NCBI RefSeq assembly: GCF_006345805.1
Contig: NC_043011.1
Location: 32,748,464 to 32,812,463, forward strand
Direction of reading: 5' to 3'
DNA: 64,000 bases
From: Octopus sinensis
Lineage: Eukaryota
A program made the position numbers and the translations under genes. This document shows positions 56,014 through 64,000 of the stretch, piece by piece; the first letter of the stretch is position 1; each line of letters begins with the position of its first letter. The notes under the pieces are model-generated. The model did not search any database and was not told the origin of the DNA. It saw only the letters and a program-made list of their open reading frames with translations.

Positions 56014-56912
56014 CACACACACAATTTCCTGCCATCAAATTTCAATTCTAAGGTATTGGTTAGTTAAAAATTTCCTTTACTCTCAGACAAAAGGGCAAAT
56101 TCAAAATGTCAGAATCTCCATCCATCCATGACATACAAATCTATCCAAGCTCACATCTTTCCCTGTATAATTTTTGTTGATGCAGACTACAAATATTTTT
56201 TTTTGTTTTTTTAGAGATGCTATTCTTTTGCTTTTCACATTCTTTTGTTGATCATTAGTTTTATTTTTAATTAAAAAAATTTTTTTTTTTAATTTTATTT
56301 CATTTTATTTATTTAGTTTTTGTAATTAAAATACCAGCATCTTTTGCATTTGATAACCTGGTCTCTTGTTGAGATGTTTAACTTCTCTAGCTCTATATTC
56401 TTCAAAATTCCTCTGCTCCCCAAAATAACAACACTACTCCTGATGTACCTATACGTATTTTCCTCATTATGTCTCATTTGCTGTACACTTTTATGCCTAC
56501 TTATGATTTATTCTGTGTTCTATGCATCTCTGCTACCTTTTCTGTCTTTCTTTACCAGACTCAATATCTATTTTCTGCCTCCTTTTTTTTTTACCCTTTT
56601 CCTAAAAGTTTCATTGCACCTGAGCTCTCTTTAAAATGAGCTCATTATAATAATTCTTTCAATTTACATGATATGCTACACAGCATTTGGTCCAGTGTGC
56701 TAACGACTCTGCCTTAAAGCCTAAACACATTATAATAATAGTCCTTTCTACTTTAGGCACAAGGCCTGAAATTTGGGGGCAGGAGGATAGTCGATTACAT
56801 GAACCCCAGTGTTTAACTGGTATTTATTTCATCGACCCAAAAAAGGATGAAAGGCAAAGTTGACCTCGGTGGAATTTGAACTTAGAATGTAAGTATAGAT
56901 GAAATGGTGCCA

Positions 56913-57087
56913 GGCATAGGAGTGGCTGTGTGGTAAGTAGCTTGCTTACCAACCACATGGTTCCGGGTTCAGCCCCACTGCGTGGCACTTTGGGCAAGTG
57001 TCTTCTACTATAGCCTTGGGCCGACTAAAGCCTTGTGAGTGGATTTGGTAGACAGAAACTGAAAGAAGCCCGTCGTATATATGTATA

Positions 57088-57181
<94 letters not shown>

Positions 57182-57398
57182 CATATGTTTGTGTCTGGGT
57201 TTGTCCCCCCAACATCACTTGACAACCGATGCTAAGTTACGGGGACGTATCCCCGTAACTTAGCAGCTCGGCAAAAATGACCGATAGAATAAGTACTAGG
57301 CTTCCAAAGAATAAATACTGGGGTCGAGTTGCTCAACTAAAAGGCGGTGCTCCAGCATGGTCGCAGTCAAATGACTGAAACAGGTAAAAGAGTAAAAG
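56913..57398 (+). mobile_element. SINE family A copy nested in a minus-strand family C SINE
   Basis: Host GATGAAATGGTGC before and TAAGCATTACACCTGGCATGCTAACAGTTCTGCCAG after. Confidence 0.85.
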
Positions 57399-57507
57399 AT
57401 TAAGCATTACACCTGGCATGCTAACAGTTCTGCCAGATCACTACATTAAAGCCTAGCCTCATTACAACAACAACAACAATTGTTGTTGTAGTAGTAGTAG
57501 TAGTAGC

Positions 57508-57544
<37 letters not shown>

Positions 57545-58695
57545 ATAAAGTTAATGAATACAGTTTTCAGGTGCATCACGACTTATCAGATACAGTTAAA
57601 AGAAAGGACCAAAAGCAGATGTATAAGTGAAAGGAAGATAGTGATGAAAGCCAGAAGTACATGTACAGTATACAGAATAGAACACGCCAAGACAAAAAAA
57701 AAGAGAAATAGAGGAAAGGGAGCATGAAAGAAGTCATAAAAATAAGGGTGCATAGGTACCCCAAGAATAGTGTTGGTGAATATGAGGAAGAACAGAATTT
57801 TTCAAGGATGCACTGTCCTAACAGTTTACAATAGACACAGATAGCTTATTCCATGCTTCAACAACTTTGAGCATGGAAAAATGATGTATCTTTTTATCCT
57901 TCATTTTTTACTTGTTTCAGTTATTAGACTGTGACCATGCTGGAGCACCTCCTTGAAGAATTTCATTCAGTCAAATCGACCCCAGTACTTATTGGTTTGT
58001 AAGGCCTGGTAGTTATTCTGTCGGTCTCTTTAGCCAGACCACTAAGTTACAGGGATGTAAACACACCAACACCAGTTGTCAAGTGGTGGGGGTAACACAC
58101 ACGTAGGCACACACATACGATGGGCTTCTTTCGGTTTCTGTCTGCCAAATTCACTCACAAGGTGCCAAGCAGTGGGACTGAACCTGGAACCATGTCATTG
58201 GAAGCAAACTTTTTACCATACAACCGCATTTCCAAAAGTCATCGGTGCTGTACTGACTTTCTTTCCACGAGTGATAGAGATATTGAATTCTAAAAGGTGG
58301 TCGAAGTTGTTGGGTGGATAATGGATAATCTTGTCTGCTTCTTTATTCATTCTCTAAAAGTCCTTATTGTTGGTATTGATTGTGACTGAGCGTAAAGCAA
58401 ATATCTTTCATGGTTTTTTTCAAGTATTCATCTGAGCTCACACTTTGCTACTGCTAATATTCCCATTCTGCTTTTCTCTGCAATATTGATAACTGCTGAA
58501 TTCTTCTAAATGGTGGAAGCCAGTTCTATCCGAATTTGTATTGAATGATTCATCACAAGCAGTGACTTCTTTCTCTCCCTTCAAGTCTTATGCACTCAAT
58601 CATTTCAAAGAAGCATTCTTCTTGAACTTCGTGAATGTTCTTAATTCTAAAGGAAAATAATCTTTGCACTTTGCTCTATTGGCATAAAGTTATAT

Positions 58696-59386
58696 CCAGG
58701 CAGCGAGCTGGCAGAATGCAGGCTGCAAGCTGACAGAATCCAGGTTGTGAGCTGGATTCTGGCAGTAATCCAAGCAGCAATCGGACAGAATCGAGGCAGC
58801 AAGCTGGCAGAATCCAGGGTATGATTGGACAGAATCCGGGCTGCAAGGTGGCAGAATCCAGGCTGCAAGGTGGCAGAATCCAAGCTGCAAGCTGGCAGAA
58901 AACAGGCTGCAAGCTGGTAGAAAACAGGTTGTGATCAGACAGAATCCAGGCTGCAAGCTAGCAGAATCCAGGTAGCAATCTGGCAGTAACCAGGCAGCAA
59001 TTTAACAGAATCCAGGTAGCAATCTGGCAGAATCCAGGCAGCAATCTGGTAGAATCCAGGCTGCATGCTGGCACAATCCAAGCATCAAAATGGCAGAATC
59101 CAGACAGTGATTAGACATAATCCAGGCTGCAAGCTGGCAAAATCCAGGCAGCAATCAGACAGAATCTAAGCACCAATCTCGCAGAATCCAGGCATTTATC
59201 AGACAGAATCCAGGCATTTATCAGACAGAATCCAGGCTGCAATCTGTCAGAATTTGGGCAGTGATCAGACAGAATTCGGGCAGTGATCAGACAGAATCCG
59301 GGCAATGATTAGACAGAATCCAGGCAGCACGCTGGCAGAATCCAGGCTGCAAGCTGGCAGAATCCAGGCCGCCAGCTGACAAAATC
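58696..59386. repeat. ~22-bp minisatellite (CCAGGCTGCAAGCTGGCAGAAT)n, about 31 degenerate copies
   Basis: Unit read directly; continues into a family C SINE body (GTTCTGAGTTCAAATCCC...TTTCATCCTT...ATAAGTACCAGT) to ~59580. Confidence 0.9.
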
Positions 59387-60498
59387 ATTAACATGCTAGG
59401 CAAAATATTCAGCAATATTTCATTCATCTTTATGTTCTGAGTTCAAATCCCGCTGAGGTCGACTTTTTCTTTCATCCTTTAAGGGTTCGATAAAATAAGT
59501 ACCAGTTGAGCACTGAGGTCAATTTAATCAACTTAACCTTTCCTCCAGAATTGCTGGCTTTGTGCCAAATTTGAAACCAGTATAAAGTTATACTTAAATG
59601 CTTTCATCTCTGAAAACCATCATTAAATGTGAGGAAAGACTATACTCAAAGTAAAACAGCAGAGTTAAGTTAAGCAGTGGTGGTCAGTCTTGGGAATTAG
59701 CGATTCAAAAATGGAATAAATTGTTTTTTTATGAAGTACTCTTTGTCAGAGAGTAACAAGAATGAATCTGGACCAAAATGTTTGATGTTTGCTCTTCTTC
59801 ATAGCAAACCAGTTTCTTCTACTTTTGAACTGTTTATAAGTGGCATACTTACTTCCTATCTAAAACCATTGCAAAAGAATGAGACTAGGCCAGGGGTTGA
59901 CAACATAAATTGTTGATCAATAGATGAACCACTGAGATGTTCTCTGTGGACCTGGCACCTTTTCTAAAAGTATTTTTTTGAAATTCAATATATTTGTGGG
60001 TCATTTGAGCTTTTAGGTAGTCTTTTAGTGTCATGATTTTTAAAATTTTTGCTTTTTGCTTCCCAGTTACATGGTTCCAGGTTCAGTCCTACCTCATGAC
60101 ACCTTGGACAGGTCTCTTCTACCATGGCCTCGAGCCAACCAAAATCTTGTGCGTCACTTTTGTAGAGAGAAACTGAGTGAAGCCCATCATATACACCTTC
60201 TCCTTGACTTATGTGACTTACAACCATCCACACTTACAACCACAATATATAAATGAATGTAAAAAAACCCCAATTTTCAGATATTGTGCCGCTGCGCATA
60301 ATGATAACTATGGCAGCATCTGGTAACGCTCGCCTCCCTCAGACCCAGGCATCCACTTCCTGCCTCTGTCTCTCAATCAGTCAATTTCAAGCCTCAGCTG
60401 TGTTTGAATGAAAATAGTGTTGGAAAATATAAATCTGGAACATGACCAGATTGACTTATGACCTGTCACTCAGATCGGAACTCATTCATAAGTCGGTG

Positions 60499-60540
<42 letters not shown>

Positions 60541-62178
60541 TGTGTGTATGTTTTATTTGTGTCTGTGTTTGTCACCCACCACCGCTTGACAACTGGCGTT
60601 GGTGCGTTTACATCTCAATAACTTAGCAGTTCAGCAAAAGAAACTGATAGAGAAAGTTCCAGTCTTGCAAAAAAAAAAAAAAACAAAAAAGATAAGTACT
60701 GGAGCCAATTCATTCAAGGCAGTGCTCCAGCATGACCACAGTTTAATGACTGAAATGAGTAAAAAGTACGAGATAAAAGACAGAAAAACTTGCAGACCAT
60801 TTGTAGCTTTTTATATTGTCTTCCATGTCATAATTTCTTTAATTTTTGCTTACGTATGCATTTTCAAGGATGGAAACGGTGGGTGAGATACACAAGAATA
60901 TTTGCATATGTAAGATATGATATAACATACATGTGGCCCAAGGGCGAACGTAAAAAGTGAAAGATATCAAAAGTGAGCCATTACAAACACAAGTTGTTGA
61001 TCGTTGTTCTTGAGTAAAGGGGGTTTTTTTTTTGGTTTTTTGTTTTTTGTTTTTCCTACATTTTATTACAGCCATTGTGTGTTGTGACCCAGAACAAGGC
61101 ACATAACTCTGCTGTATTTTTACCTTACCAAACAAAAGACAGGCTCCACTTCCTTACTTCACAGTTGAATGGTTAGGCAGTGGAAGATCATCCAGCTGAA
61201 AACTGCTCCTGCAAAGAAACCATTCCACCCATGCTAGCACGGTGGGGAAGGAGGGGGAGCGAGGCAAAATGAATGTAAAACAACAAAAAATAAAGAAAGA
61301 AAGACAGAAAAAAAAGAAAGAAAGGAAAAAAGAAAAATAGACAGACAGAAAGGACAGAAGAAAGTAAGAATGAAAGAAATAAATGATAGAGAAAACAAAA
61401 GAAAGAAAAAGTAAGAAAGAGAGAGAGACAGAGATAGAGAAAGACAATGAAAAAAAGAAAGAAAGAGATCTCAATGCTATTTGCTATCTAGACTGATAGC
61501 AGCAGATATTGCTTAATGGAGTAACACTTCTTGAATACTTCCAATATATAAATCTCTTCACACGCATTTTTTTTCCCCCACTTTATTTATATTTATCAAA
61601 TCTTTTTCTTCTCAGATCATGTAAAAATGCATTGAATCAGAATCCGGATGAAAGATGCTATATTTTATAACTTTGCTTCAACATGATCGTTTTACTCTAT
61701 ACTCTCTCTCTCCCTCTCTCTCTCTTTCTCTTCTACTTTGGTCCAAGAGATGATTACAACATTGTCTCCCACAACTCAAACTACACACTGTTTAATCCAA
61801 CCAATAACTTTGTAGAAACCGGGTATATTTTTAACAACTATTTTCACATCTCCATATATATTTCTATGATCTTTCTCCTCAATTATTTTTTTTTCTTTTA
61901 GCATAGGCTCACTGGAGTTGCATGGCTTAGTGGTTAAGGTGCTGAACTTGTGATCGTAAGATCGTGGTTTCAATTCCTAGACCAGGCAACATGTTGCGTT
62001 CTTGAGCAAAACACTTCATTTCATGTTGCTCCAGTCCACTCAACTGGCAAAATTGAATAATCCCATGACAGACTAGCGTCCTGCCCAGTACTGTGTATAT
62101 ACGTCACTGAAGCCGGGAAACTGACTCTATGAGTCAATATGACTCATGAAGGGTCATTATACTTGCTTTTTTAATATA

Positions 62179-62590
62179 GGCGCCAGAGTGGCTGTGTGGT
62201 AAGTAGCTTGCTTACCAACCACATGGTTCCGGGTTCGTTCCCACTACGTGGTACCCTGGGCAAGTGTCTTCTACTATAGCCTCAGGCCAACCAAAGCCTT
62301 GTGAGTGGATTTGGTAGACAGAAACTAAAAGTAGCCTGTCATATATATGTATACATACATATATATGTGTGTGTGTGTGTGTTTGTGTGTCTGTGTTTGT
62401 CCCTCCAACATCGCTTGACAACTGATGCTGGTGTGTTTACATCTGTAACTTAGCGGTTCGGCAAAAGAGACCACTAGAATAAGTACTAAGCTTACAATAA
62501 ATAAGTCCTGGGGTCGATTTGCTCAACTAAAGGCGGTGCTCCAGCATGACCACAGTCAAATGACTGAAACAAATGAAAGAGAAGAAAAGA
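62179..62590 (+). mobile_element. SINE family A, full-length copy
   Basis: Family A head to tail; TATA on both sides. Confidence 0.9.
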
Positions 62591-63686
62591 GAGTATAGGC
62601 TCAGACATGGGTGTGTGGTTAAAAGGTTTGCTTCGCTATCACTTAGTGTTGGATTCAGTAAATAAAGGTAAAGATAAAGGGCCAGTTTCCTGGTTCCATG
62701 GCATGTGTATTCTCCATTTGAACAGGACACAGGTCCCTCGCAGGATTACTCATTTTTGCCAGCTGAGTCCACTGCAGCAAAGTGAAATGAAGCATTTTGC
62801 TGAAGAACACAACACATCGCCCAGTCCAAGAATCGAAACCACAATCTTATTATCATGAGTCTAATTCCCTAACCACTAAGCCACATGCCTTCACATATGG
62901 CACATATTAAGAGTAGGGTAAAGGTTACCCTCTCGAGTCATGTTGGCTCTCAAGGGCTGCTTTCCGTGGCATATAAATTCCCCAGCTGGAAGAGATGCTG
63001 GTCTGTTGCAGAATTACTCAGTTTTACCCCGTAAGTGGATTGGAGCAAATTGAACTGAGGTGTTTTGCTCAAGAACACGATAAGTCGCCCAGTCCAGGAA
63101 TCAAAACCATAATCTTATTATAATCATGTGCTCAGCACCCTAACCTCCAAGTCACATGCCTTCACTTTGGGTTCAATCCCGCTGCATGGCATCTTGGGCA
63201 AGAATCTTCTACTACAGGCCCAGGCCAACCAAAGCAAACTTTGTGAGTGAATATGGTAGAGAAAAACCTAAAAATCCATTTTCTGTGTATGTGTGTGTGG
63301 TGTGTGTGTGTGTGTCTGTGTGTGTGTGTGTTTGTGTCCTAGCCTTGGACATCAAGTTTCACTGTCATTCATGCAGTGTCCTTCATTTTGAGTCTTGCTA
63401 TAGGGACATATTACTTTGCTTGGACAGAGTTACGGGTTGCTGACAAGAAATGCATGTGGAGGCAAGTGGCTAAATGGTTAGGGTGTTGGACTCCTGATCA
63501 TAAGATTGTGGTTTCGATTCAAGGACCGGGCGACACATTGTATTCTTGAGCAAAACACTTCATTTTACATTGCTCCAGTCCACTCAGCTGGCAAAAAGGA
63601 GTAATGCTACAACAGACCAGTGTCCCATCCAGGTGGAGAATTCATATGCCATGGAAACCAGGAAACTGGCCCTTAAGAGTCAGCAT

Positions 63687-63913
63687 ACTCTTTTTACTCT
63701 TTACTCATTTACTTGTTTCAGTCATTTGACTGCAACCATGCTGGAGCACCACCTTTAGTCGAGCAAATCGACCCCGGGACTTATTCTTTGTATGCCTAGT
63801 ACTTATTCTATCGGTCTCTTTTGCCGAACCGCTAAGTGGCAGGGGCTGTAAACACACCAGCATCGGTTGTCAAGCAATGCTAGAACAAACACAGACACAC
63901 AAACATACACACA

Positions 63914-63969
<56 letters not shown>

Positions 63970-64000
63970 TACACATACATATATACGGCAGGCTTCTTTC
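63687..64000 (-). mobile_element. SINE family A 3' portion running off the window end
   Basis: Reverse complement of the family A 3' half including the (TG)n tract. Confidence 0.88.

Noticed and set aside
58696-59386. CRISPR-like or repeat-protein interpretation of the 22-bp array
   Set aside because: No unique spacers; the 22-bp period breaks reading frame; eukaryotic repeat context
60290-60400. Possible Penelope GIY-YIG C-terminus on the minus strand (LRLEID*LRDRGRKWMPGSEGGERYQMLP)
   Set aside because: Similarity is too weak to call by eye

Overview
AT-rich, repeat-saturated animal genomic DNA with no protein-coding gene that I can support. The SINE families and the (TA)n, (CA)n and (CAT)n microsatellite load resemble an Octopus genome; this is pattern recognition, not a database result. 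Nearly all ORFs in the supplied track are translations of microsatellites or antisense SINE frames. The window contains at least five short interspersed families, four of them with tRNA-like heads, many nested in each other. It also has two 5'-truncated CR1-clade LINE ends, several decayed RTE-clade LINE ends, a Tc1/mariner transposase C-terminus, and mariner-, hAT- and piggyBac-type MITEs. Several fold-back palindromes are present. The most interesting signal is two classes of hammerhead-ribozyme-like folds in short non-coding dispersed repeats: 23824-23884 and 52166-52226 on the minus strand, and four minimal copies on the plus strand. These are consistent with non-autonomous Penelope-like or retrozyme-like elements. 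Every genomic copy seen here carries at least one substitution in the catalytic core. SINE family labels A-F are my own working names.
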